DNA of 63,738 nt, counting the filler, from Guillardia theta CCMP2712 (lineage: Eukaryota; Protista; Cryptophyta): the NCBI RefSeq assembly GCF_000315625.1. It is 4 parts of 4 records of this genome, joined end to end, with 100 filler letters (N's around TTAATTAATTAA, not from the genome) between each part and the next. Parts side by side here need not be neighbours in the genome. Positions count along the whole stretch, not along the records: positions 1 to 30,773 come from NW_005434638.1; 3 more parts are not named here. One strand, written 5' to 3'. The notes beneath the pieces are model-generated. The model did not search any database, had not been told where the DNA came from, and saw nothing but the letters and a program-made list of their open reading frames with translations. The position numbers and the translations under genes are program-made. Within the stretch, counting starts at the first letter, position 1, and each line of letters begins with the position of its first letter. Shown in pieces: positions 13,699 through 23,914 of the stretch.

Positions 13699-14427
13699 TT
13701 AAACAAGCGCGGAAATACTTGAGATCATCATGGTGCGTTTGCCCAGGTCATGCAAATTCAAGCATGCGTTGTTACGAACCAAGGATCCACACCTGCCAAG
13801 AAAGCTTGAATTCAGGTGCTCCTCATATGCCGTAGTCTTGCCCACGCCGTTTCCGAAAGCTACAATGCGCATGAAGCCACCCAGAGCTTTGACATCCATC
13901 TCGCTCTGAGAGTCATGATACAAGAAGTCGTCGAGACGATCCAAGGTATCGAGATCCAAGCTGACATCATGGGACTCGCTGGGGTTTCTCTCTTGCTCCG
14001 AGGGGTTGAGTGCTGTATGCGAGGGAGGCTCACAGGTCTTGCAAGGTCGGGCCTTGTCATCGGAGCAAGCTTGCTGGAGGATCTGCTCCAGAGTTTCTGA
14101 GTCCACCGGGACCGAGACGAACTGATCCCTCGAACCAAACCAGCGCCGGAAGGATCTCAACCACCATGAAGTCTCTTCAGCGCTCCCTCCTACTTCCACT
14201 CTTGCAACACCTGCTGTCAAAGCTAAAGAGACATGAGCGTCCAAGTAACTGTCATGGAACCCGATTGTCTTTCTGCTTCCGGCCCAAGCAGAATGCTTTC
14301 CCACTCGAGCAATAGACTGAGCAGAGAGAGCAATCAGATCAACTCCCTCGGACTCAAATGAAGCGTTTTCAACATGCTTCCCGTCACCTAGCATGCACAG
14401 AGCTTTTATGGAACCCAACTTTCTCAT
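13699..14427 (-). CDS. Hypothetical protein (242-aa open frame, probably with further upstream exons)
   Basis: Long non-repetitive ORF. No recognised motif. Confidence 0.45.
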   Translation of the reverse strand: MRKLGSIKALCMLGDGKHVENASFESEGVDLIALSAQSIARVGKHSAWAGSRKTIGFHDSYLDAHVSLALTAGVARVEVGGSAEETSWWLRSFRRWFGSRDQFVSVPVDSETLEQILQQACSDDKARPCKTCEPPSHTALNPSEQERNPSESHDVSLDLDTLDRLDDFLYHDSQSEMDVKALGGFMRIVAFGNGVGKTTAYEEHLNSSFLGRCGSLVRNNACLNLHDLGKRTMMISSISALV

Positions 14428-14744
14428 CGTGCAACCCTGGTAGAATCAAGTCTCACCACTCTGACTGCATTCTCCTGGTAGTGAGCGAACGGTCAAGAGG
14501 TGACGACACCAATTATGACTTGCAGACTAGTTTGAGGTACTGAGATTCGGACGAAGACGATGAAAGCAAGATGACACAACAAGGGAATAGACGCCAAGGA
14601 TGAAGAAGCCTGGGGTTTCTGCGCCGCAACGGAGAAAAGTGGAGAGGAGTGGTGACGGGGAGGAGGGTGAGTAGGGGGTGAACCGCAGGAAGGGGAGCAG
14701 TCAGGAAGGGACGACTAGCAGTGTTGGGGAAAAGCAGGAGCAGA

Positions 14745-14940
14745 GGGAGGAAGAGGAGAGCGAGTAGGAGGAGAGCAAGGAAGAGGAGAGCGAGTAGGAG
14801 GAGAGCAAGGAAGAGGAGAGCGAGTAGGAGGAGAGCTAGGAGGAGAGCGAGGAAGAGGAGGGCAAGTAGGAGGAGAGCGAAGAGGAGAGCGAGTAGGAGA
14901 GCGAGGAAGAGGAGAGCGCTTAGGAGGAGAGCGAGGAGGT
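14745..14940. repeat. Purine-rich 15/30-bp tandem repeat
   Basis: Units GAGAGCGAGTAGGAG / GAGAGCAAGGAAGAG. Confidence 0.8.
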
Positions 14941-15897
14941 CGAAGGAGAACCAGAGGACAGTGGTGAGGATTATCTGAAAGGGGTCGCAGGTACAAGGAC
15001 AATGGTAGGTGGGGTAGTGGTGGTACAAGAGGACTGGGGAGAAGGGGGTGGTAAGGTGGTGGCCGAAGGACGAAAAGACATCGTTTGAGATGCGATGGGG
15101 GGCGAAACAATCGAAAACACTCTATTTCAATAATTCAGTCCCCACACTTGAGGAGAGACAGTAAAATGTATTAGATGCTTTTATCTATAGGATTTTTGCT
15201 GTCTTTTATTAACTAAAAGACTGGTTTGTCGGCGGATCCATAGCTAGTTGTCGTGGTGACTCCTTTTGATTCTCCGCCTTCATGCAGCGAGCGATGCTGC
15301 TGCTGCTGCTGCTGCTGGCGATAAGGGCTGGGGAGTCTAGCTATGAAGGCCCTGGCTGGCTGGTTGGAGGAGGAGCAGGAGGAGGATGCAGTGTCCCCTC
15401 CTTCTACGAGGCGCTTCCTCGACATCGCAACCAAGACGTTCCGACAAGGTGTGGCATTGCGCGCCTCCCCTCCCATGTGTCTGGGGTTCAGTCGCGCTGC
15501 TACTTCAGATCCTGTCGATGTCTTGATGATCCAGCAGGTTGGAGGTGCTGCTTAAGAGCCCGCTCGAGCATGTGGAAGGATTCTCCTTCTGCCTCTCCAA
15601 GGCCGCGAACTCAGTCGTGCGTCTCCCCCTCCTCTCCTCGTCCTCGTCCCTCACCTTACTCGGTAGAAGGGCAAAGTTGCAGCTCTCGTCCGAGCCGGCG
15701 ACGTGCAGATGATCGGAAGCGTCGACGACAAGGGCCAGGTAAGCATCTGAATCGTTTGGTTCGACTCACCCTTCTCTCCCCTTCTCTCCTTCCATTCTGC
15801 TTTTAGCTGGAAGCCGTCGCTGAAACCAAGGCTCTCGCAAATGGATTGACCCTGCGAGTCAAAGGTGAGAGGAAAGGGAACAAGAAGAACGTCAGGA

Positions 15898-15931
15898 AGC
15901 AGCAGCAGCAGCCGCAGCCGCAGCCGCAGCC

Positions 15932-15982
<51 letters not shown>

Positions 15983-16076
15983 GCAGCAGCAGCTGCCGCA
16001 GCAGCAGCAGCAGCAGCAGCAGCAGCGGCAGCGGCAGCGGCAGCGGCAGCGGCAGCGGCAGCGGCAGCGGCAGCAG
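15898..16076. repeat. (CAG)n/(CAGCGG)n microsatellite
   Basis: Directly visible. Confidence 0.95.
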
Positions 16077-16520
16077 GACATGGCTGGGGGGAAGAGGAGG
16101 AGGGGGTGGGGTTCTCACTGTGCATGCATTCAAAGGGTCAAAATCGCGATCCGACGGAGCTTCTGCCGTCTTTTCGGCTGCTTACACCATGACAAGCCCA
16201 CGAGCAACCGGTGAGGAGGATGAGGAGAAAGTGATGGAGGGCGCTGACAGAGGAGGGAGGGCACATCGCGTTCGACGAGTCGCGGCTGTTTGTCTCAGGT
16301 TGGAGATGCGAGGGAGAAGGAGGAGGTTAAAGTTGTTCTCACAGGAGTCGTTGGGACCCCTCGAGCTCTCTTTGGTTGCTGCATACCCCTCCCTCCTCCT
16401 CCTCCTCCTCTCTCCTCCTCTCCTCTCTCCTCCTCTCCTCTCCCCTCCTCCTCCCCTCATTCCTCCTCCCCTCCCTTCTTCTCCTCCTCCTCCTCCTCCT
16501 TCTACTACTACTACTACTAC

Positions 16521-16578
<58 letters not shown>

Positions 16579-16789
16579 GCTACTACTGCTACTACTACTT
16601 CCCCTACACCTCCTCTTCCTCCCTCTCCTTTNNNNNNNNNNNNNNNNNNNNNNNNNNNNNNNNNNNNNNNNNNNNNNNNNNNNNNNNNNNNNNNNNNNNN
16701 NNNNNNNNNNNNNNNNNNNNNNNNNNNNNNNAGGGGAGAGGACGGGAGAGGAGGGGAGGGGAGAGGAGAGGAGAGGAGAGGAGTGGACG

Positions 16790-17615
16790 AACCTTGAGGC
16801 CACTGATTGTATCCGTCGATCTGTCTCGATTGTATCAATGACAAATGAATTCCTTCACCTTCTCCTCCTCTACCAAACTTTTCCCTTCAAAATCTCCATT
16901 TTGAGCTCCGATGTCAACGCATTCCTTCCAATCTCGTGTCTGGAAGCGACTAGTAAGGGGAACACGAACGGGAATGAACATGGCAAATGGGGGAGGAAGA
17001 GGGGGAGGAGAGGGAGGACCTGTTTTGTCAGTTCGTCATCAAAGTATCCCCTGCTGTTCTCCTTGTTTCTCTTGATCTTGTATTTCTCTTCCTTGTCTTT
17101 CGCAAAGAATCTCTTCATCTCCTCATCAAATCGTTCAATGACTTCCTCGGGAATGCCATGGTTGGTGACCTGCAAATATGAAAGTGACCTTTCCTCTCCA
17201 GCTTCCCGTCCACATGCCTCCAACTCTCCTTCCTCCTCGCGCCCACCCCCCTGCCCACCCGCCCACCCTTCTCGTTCTCTCGATTTCCCGCCCTTGATCC
17301 TCCCTCGCTCCTCACCTGGAAAAAACCCCAGTCTCTTGCCGCATGAGAGATTTGCTGCACAGCATGCATGGAAGGGTCCAGCTTCTCAGCTCTGATCAGC
17401 TCAGCAATGTCGATGACTGGCGGCCCCTCCTGAGGCTGCGCTGGGAGGGAGAGAGAGAGACGTCTGGGCTTCTCCCAGAGCATGAGAGGCGGGTGATGCC
17501 CTTGCGAATCTTTATCCTCCCAGAGGCAACAGGGGAAACATGCTCTCGAGTCTAGAAGAACGTGTGAAACAAGCAAAAAACAACAAGAGACCAGTATGAG
17601 ACAAGCAAAGGACAA
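16790..17615 (-). CDS. 2-oxoglutarate/Fe(II) dioxygenase (DIOX_N, IPNS-like), N-terminal half; remainder obscured by gap 16632-16731
   Basis: PPVIDIAEL...QQISHAARDWGFFQ/VTNHGIPEEVIERF...FFAKDKEEKYKI...SRGYFDDELTKQ...DGYNQWP. Confidence 0.85.
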
Positions 17616-18255
17616 GTACGAGACAAGTGAGAGATAATTAGAAGATTAGCGAAAGATGTCATAGGTCTTGTCATATGATGTCTCATACCTTGACTCGAAC
17701 ATTAACAACGTTGCTGAAGCCAGACACGAATGCGAAGGCGCCATGGAAACCAGACAGGCACGTCACAAATGTCAAGAACTTGCGGAGGTGCATATGCAGG
17801 CCTGCAGCTGGACGATAAGGTTAATTTATGTGAAAAGACAAGAACAGATGGCAACAGTGCCAAAAACACAAAATGGAGTAGGTAAGCAGAAGCCGCGAGG
17901 AGGCAGTGGAGGAGAGACGAGAGACGGAGGGACGAAGAGAGGAGAGCATGGAAAGGGGAGGGGAACCGATGGGCTGGCTACTTCTCCTCTCCTATTCTCT
18001 TCTCTCCTCATCTCCTATCGACATTTCTTTGGGACGCGGACGCGTAGCCCCTCATCCCCTCATTGCCCTTCATGGCGATGCGACGGATAAACTGGGGGGT
18101 CCTCTGATTGTCCTCGTACTGATTTTTAACTTAACTTGAGCAAACGGCGGGATAAGGGGTACCCGTACCCGAGTAAAACTCTATTCTTTTGGGTAGGGGT
18201 AGGGCTAGGGTGGGGGTAGGGTGGGGGTAGGGTAGGCGGTACTGAGGGGTCAGTA

Positions 18256-18309
18256 CTTATCCTCCCCCTCCTTTGTTTGCTTCGGTTTGCCCTTCTTTTT
18301 CAGTCAATA
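18256..18309 (+). mobile_element. Isolated 54-bp 3'-terminal fragment of CRE-like family 2
   Basis: TTATCCTCCCCCTCCTTTGTTTGCTTCGGTTTGCCCTTCTTTTTCAGTCAATA matches the reverse complement of about 55029-55082 with one mismatch. Confidence 0.85.
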
Positions 18310-21300
18310 AAGAGCAGTCAGTAGTTGCGCAAACACGGACAGCAGACTGAGGGCTGAGACTGAGCCTGAGAGGTCTTATGCCGATGTCCTCTAGTGACAC
18401 AAACAGACGGAGCACAAGTTTGTTAGACTTGTACTGTGCCAAAGTAATGCAGACACCATATCGGAAGCGGCCTCGCACCAGGGAAGTGACCTTTACCGTT
18501 GGGTGGAAATCAGTTTCAGAATAGTCACAATTATATAGATGACTGCGTTACCGTACCATACGGTATCCTTTAGCACGTTGGAAGACTCGCGGTACGAAAG
18601 ACTGTTGAAAGAAGTTTTAGTACGATTTCGCAGTCTAAACGCAAGTTGTTTCAGCGCGAGATTGATTTCAGTTTCTAGGGTTTCGGGTGACGGGCATAGG
18701 TTCAATCCATCTGTGCAAACGTTCTGAGTCTTAACGCAGAAGCATGATGCCATGCAGCAGAGCTGAATTATTCGGTTCGCGAAAAGGAGATGTTTTCTCT
18801 TATCCAAGACCGTACGCAACTTGGCAACCGCCCACTGTGACGTCGGATGCCTCCGGAGAGCTCGACACCACTGGGGTCACCCGTGCTTGCAGCTCGTACC
18901 GCACAGCCCCGGTTCCTGGGCATTGCTGCGGCGTCGCCGCCGTCACGGGCGGTGTTGGTCTCGGCTACCGCTCAGTGACCATCGGACTCGGAGGCTAGTG
19001 AGGACGGGTTTTACTGGCAGAAGGTAAAAAGGAGTATAGGATTTACTGGCAGAAGGTAAAAAGTGCCTCAAGCAAAACAAAGCAGGAACAAGCTAAACCG
19101 GCATGCACACAGCGCACAGCGAGAAGCTGCCACCAGCACTGCTGGCACCCAGACGCGGCACCGCCAGCCCAAGCGCGAAGCCGCGCAGACAAGCAGCCTA
19201 AGGGTCAGGCAATCAAGCAACAAGGCGTTGCCCGGGGGTCCGCCTGGGGCAGCGGACGGAGGGAGGCTGGACACAGGAACACGGTACCGCTCGAGGTAGT
19301 CCTCCTCGCTAGCCTCCGAGTCAGCGGTAGCCGAGTCAGCGGTAGCCGCCTCAAAAGTACCTCAAGCAAAAGCCATATGGATTTACTGGCAGAAGGTAAA
19401 AAGTGCCTCAAGCAAAACAAAGCAGGATCAAGCTAAACCTCCTGGCACACAGCACACAGCGAGAAGCTGCACAATCACACACAAAACACAAGCCCGAACA
19501 CAACCAGCACTGCTGGGAGTGGATTTACTGGCAGAAGGTAAAAAGTGCCTCAAGCAGAACAAAGCAGGAACAAGCTAAACCTGCTGGCACCCAGACGCGG
19601 CACCGCCAGCCCACCAGCGTGCACAGGGTCTACACCCCGCTGTTTACTATACGGCCGCCCGGCTATCGCTCGCTTCCTCGCTTGGTACTCTGACCAGCCA
19701 ATGTCACGGACATTGCTCTCTCCTCATAGCCTGGACGTTCACTGCTCGAGATCTCTCCGTGCCCAGAAGCATCCTCTGGCGACCTTCTTCTTTGAGGCGC
19801 ACGACTTCGTTCATAATGAGACACAATGGATTTACTGGCATAATGCTGGACGTCGTGTGAAGGCTCCTGCACCGGCTGCAGATGCGGCGCGGCGATCCCA
19901 CCTGCCCCGGCTGCTGTGCCTGATGACGCAGGACGCCCCCCGGCATCTGTGGTACACATCCCTGGTTTGCGCGCTCTCGTCGACTCGTCTCATGAGCACT
20001 TCATTGCGGCTGCTTTTCTGCGCCGCTTCGCGCTTGGGCTGGCGATCATCGCCCGGGTCTCAGAGTCTGCTGACGGTTGGCGATGCCGCGTCTGGGTGCC
20101 AGCAGTGCTGGTTCTTTTCGGGCTTGTGTTTTGTGTGTGTTTGTGCAGCTTCTCGCTGTGAACTGTGTGCATGCCGGTTTAGCTTGTTCCTGCTTTGTTT
20201 TGCTTGAGGCACTTTTTACCTCGCGCCATCTGCAGCCGGTGCAGGAGCCTTCACACGACGGTAGAGGATCGCTCCAGCATTCAAGATTATGAACGAAGTC
20301 GTGCGCCTCAACGAAGAAGGTCGCCAGAGGATGCTTCTGGGCACGGAGAGATCTCGAGCAGTGAACGTCCAGGCTATGAGGAGAGGGCAAGGTCCGGGAC
20401 ATCGGCTGGTCAGAGTACCAAGCGAGGAAGCGAGCGATAGCCGTATAGTAAACAGCGGGGTGTAGACCCTCAGAGGGCGTGAACTCGTCCCCTCCCCGAC
20501 TATGCGGAAGCTCCCGCTTGAACCTCGCAAACTCTAGCAGGTCGGGATGCGCGGCGAGGTACTGCAGCGTCTGAGAAGATTCGCAAACATTGCGCTGCAT
20601 ATGCTATGACTACTCCTCCTCGAGCGTAAGTTCATCCCTCTTGCCATCTCGACGGTCGGTACCCTGCATCCTGACACCCTCCGCTTCATCTGGTATCTCG
20701 CGGACATCATTGCTCAGCGCTCGATGCCTCTTGAGGATGCCATGATGTGCCTGATGACGGCCCTGCTGCTGAGGTCCTGGCTCGCAAACGCGCCGCCACC
20801 TATCAGCGCCTCACTATGCAGCTGACGCTGGAGGCGCTCTTGTCTGGTGCGAGGCGCATGACGCCCTTGCGGGCGCAAGCACTTCTCGAGCCAGAGGACA
20901 GCTCCTCCAGTCCTCGGACTTTGTCGAGTCGCCCGAGGGGGAGTCTTCGCCGGAGGTCTCCGACTCCGATAAAACAAGGTATAGGATTACGATGGGGGAA
21001 ACACGTCGAGTGGCCCCGACGATCGGCGCGGAGCTGGCGAAGCGTCTCCGTCCCTCACTGTGACGTCGGGTGCCTCCGGAGAGCTCNNNNNNNNNNNNNN
21101 NNNNNNNNNNNNNNNNNNNNNNNNNNNNNNNNNNNNNNNNNNNNNNNNNNNNNNNNNNNNNNNNNNNNNNNNNNNNNNNNNNNNNNGCTTCCTCCCGGCA
21201 TCGGTCGGGTCACGCCGGTCCTTGGGCATTGCCGCGGCGTCGCCGCCGTCACGGGCGGCTACCGCTGACTCGGCTACCGCTGACTCGGAGGCCGGGCAAC

Positions 21301-21693
21301 GCCGGCTCCTTGTCGGCGGCTGCCCTTTCTCCGTCCGCGGCCGCCCGCTTTGTGGCGGCAGCGGACGTCTCGACTGACAGTGGTCAGTCGGCTGCCTCCG
21401 GGTATCGCGTCTAAGGGATTTTATTCCTTGCAGCGCCGGCTCCTTGTCGGCGGCTGCCCTTTCTCCGTCCGCGGCCGCCCGCTTTGTGGCGGCAGCGGAC
21501 GTCTCGACTGACAGTGGTCAGTCGGCTGCCTCCGGGTATCGCGTCTAAGGGATTTTATTCCTTGCAGCGCCGGCTCCTTGTCGGCGGCTGCCCTTTCTCC
21601 GTCCGCGGCCGCCCGCTTTGTGGCGGCAGCGGACGTCTCGACTGACAGTGGTCAGTCGGCTGCCTCCGGGTATCGCGTCTAAGGGATTTTATT
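21301..21693 (+). repeat. 134-bp tandem triplication spanning the element's stop codon
   Basis: Unit starts at 21301, 21435 and 21569. Confidence 0.85.
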
Positions 21694-22657
21694 CCTCCTG
21701 CATGCTCCTGCTGCTTGTTGCTTGATTGCCTGACCCTTAGGCTGCTTGTCTGCGCGGCTTCGCGCTTGGGCTGGCGCTGCCGCGTCTGGGTGCCAGCAGT
21801 GCTGGTTCTTTTCGGGCTTGTGTTTTGTGTGTGTTTGTGCAGCTTCTCGCTGTGGACTGTGTGCCTGGCGGTTCAGCTTGTTCCTGCTTTGTTTTGCTTG
21901 AGGCACTTTTTACCTTCTGCCAGTAAATCCTATACCTTCCTCCTGCATGCTCCTGCTGCTTGTTGCTTGATTGCCTGACCCTTCGGCTGCTTGTCGGCGC
22001 GGCTTCGCGCTTGGGCTGGCGCTGCCGCGTCTGGGTGCCAGCAGTGCTGGTTCTTTTCGGGCTTGTGTTTTGTGTGTGATTGTGCAGCTTCTCGCTGTGG
22101 ACTGTGTGCCTGCCGGTTCAGCTTGTTCCTGCTTTGTTTTGCTTGAGGCACTTTTTACCTTCTGCCAGTAAATCCTATACCTTCCTCCTGCATGCTCCTG
22201 CTGCTTGTTGCTTGATTGCCTGACCCTTCGGCTGCTTGTCGGCGCGGCTTCGCGCTTGGGCTGGCGCTGCCGCGTCTGGGTGCCAGCAGTGCTGGTTCTT
22301 TTCGGGCTTGTGTTTTGTGTGTGTTTGTGCAGCTTCTCGCTGTGGACTGTGTGCCTGCCGGTTCAGCTTGTTCCTGCTTTGTTAAGCTTGAGGCAGCTTT
22401 TACCTTCTGCCAGTAAATCCTATACCTTCCTCCTGCATGCTCCTGCTGCTGATTGCCTGACCCTTCGGCTGCTTGTCGGCGCGGCTTCGCGCTTGGGCTG
22501 GCGCTGCCGCGTCTGGGTGCCAGCAGTGCTGGTTCTTTTCGGGCTTGTGTTTTGTGTGTGATTGTGCAGCTTCTCGCTGTGGACTGTGTGCCTGCCGGTT
22601 CAGCTTGTTCCTGCTTTGTTTTGCTTGAGGCACTTTTTACCTTCTGCCAGTAAATCC
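21692..22657 (+). repeat. Four tandem 245-bp copies of the family-1 3' UTR
   Basis: Units begin TTCCTCCTGCATG at 21692, 21937, 22182 and 22427 and end AGTAAATCC(TATACC). Mirrored on the minus strand at about 25263-25840. Confidence 0.9.
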
Positions 22658-22661
22658 ACTC

Positions 22662-23914
22662 TCCACATCCCTGGAATCCGCGATCGAGGGTCTGAGCAGT
22701 ACGAGGGCTTGATGGCGGACGTGACGTTGGTCCACCCTTACATTGGTAGCTCTGCCGACCAGACCAAGTGGGGGGAGGTCAACCTCGACGCCCTCCATGT
22801 TGCAGCGTCTGAGAAGATTCGCAAACATTGCGCTGCATATGCTATGACTACTCCTCCTCGAGCGTTCATCCCTCTTGCCATCTCGACGGTCGGTACCCTG
22901 CATCCTGACACCCTCCGCTTCATCTGGTATCTCGCGGACATCATTGCTCAGCGCTCGATGCCTCTTGTCCATGCCATGATGCGGCGTTTGGTCGGCACTT
23001 CGTGCCTGATGACGGCCCTGCTGCTGAGGTCCTGGCTCGCAAACGCGCCGCCACCTATCAGCGCCTCACTATGCAGCTGACGCTGGAGGCGCTCTTGTCT
23101 GGTGCGAGGCGCATGACGCCCTTGCGGGCGCAAGCACTTCTCGAGCCAGAGGACAGCTCCTCCTCGGACTTTGTCGAGTCGCCCGAGGGGGAGTCTTCGC
23201 CGGAGGTCTCCGACTCCGATGGGGGACACCCTTCGAGTGGCCCCGACGATCGGCGCGGAGCTGGCGAGGCGTCTCCGTCCCTCACTGTGACGTCGGGTGC
23301 CTCCGGAGAGCTCGACACCACTGGGGTGCTTGCTGCTGGTCCGAGCTCGCCTGCTTCCTCCCCGGCATCGGTCGGGTCACGCCGGTCCTTGGGCATTGCT
23401 GCGGCGTCGCCGCCGTCACGGGCGGCTACCGCTGACTCGGCTACCGCTGACTCGGAGGCTAGCGAGGAGGACTACCTCGAATCCTATACCCACCTCGAGC
23501 GGTACCGTGTTCCAGTGTCCAGCCTCCCTCCTTCCGCTGCCCCAGGCGGACCCCCGGGCAACGCCGGCTCCTTGTCGGCGGCTGCCCTTTCTCCGTCCGC
23601 GGCCGCCCGCTTTGTGGCGGCAGCGGACGTCTCGACTGACAGTGGTCAGTCGGCTGCCTCCGGGTATCGCGTCTAAGGGATTTTATTCCTCCTGCATGCT
23701 CCTGCTGCTTGTTGCTTGATTGCCTGACCCTTCGGCTGCTTGTCGGCGCGGCTTCGCGCTTGGGCTGGCGATGCCGCGTCTGGGTGCCAGCAGTGCTGGT
23801 TCTTTTCGGGCTTGTGTTTTGTGTGTGATTGTGCAGCTTCTCGCTGTGGACTGTGTGCCTGCCGGTTCAGCTTGTTCCGTTTTGCTTGAGGCACTTTTTA
23901 CCTTATGCCAGTAA
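22662..23914 (+). pseudogene. 3' part of CRE-like family 1: REL C-terminus, acidic/Ser-Ala tail, stop at 23676, 3' UTR
   Basis: MADVTLVHPY..KIRKHCAAY..AFIPLAISTVGTLHPDTLRFIWYLAD..LLSGARR, then low-complexity tail to GYRV*. A small frameshifting indel lies near 22965. Confidence 0.8.

Noticed and set aside
14721-14978. Protamine-like ORF (RRASRRRARK)
   Set aside because: Arises from a purine-rich tandem repeat with a non-ATG start; no independent support.
15803-16125. Poly-Q, poly-C and poly-A ORFs
   Set aside because: Translations of a CAG microsatellite.
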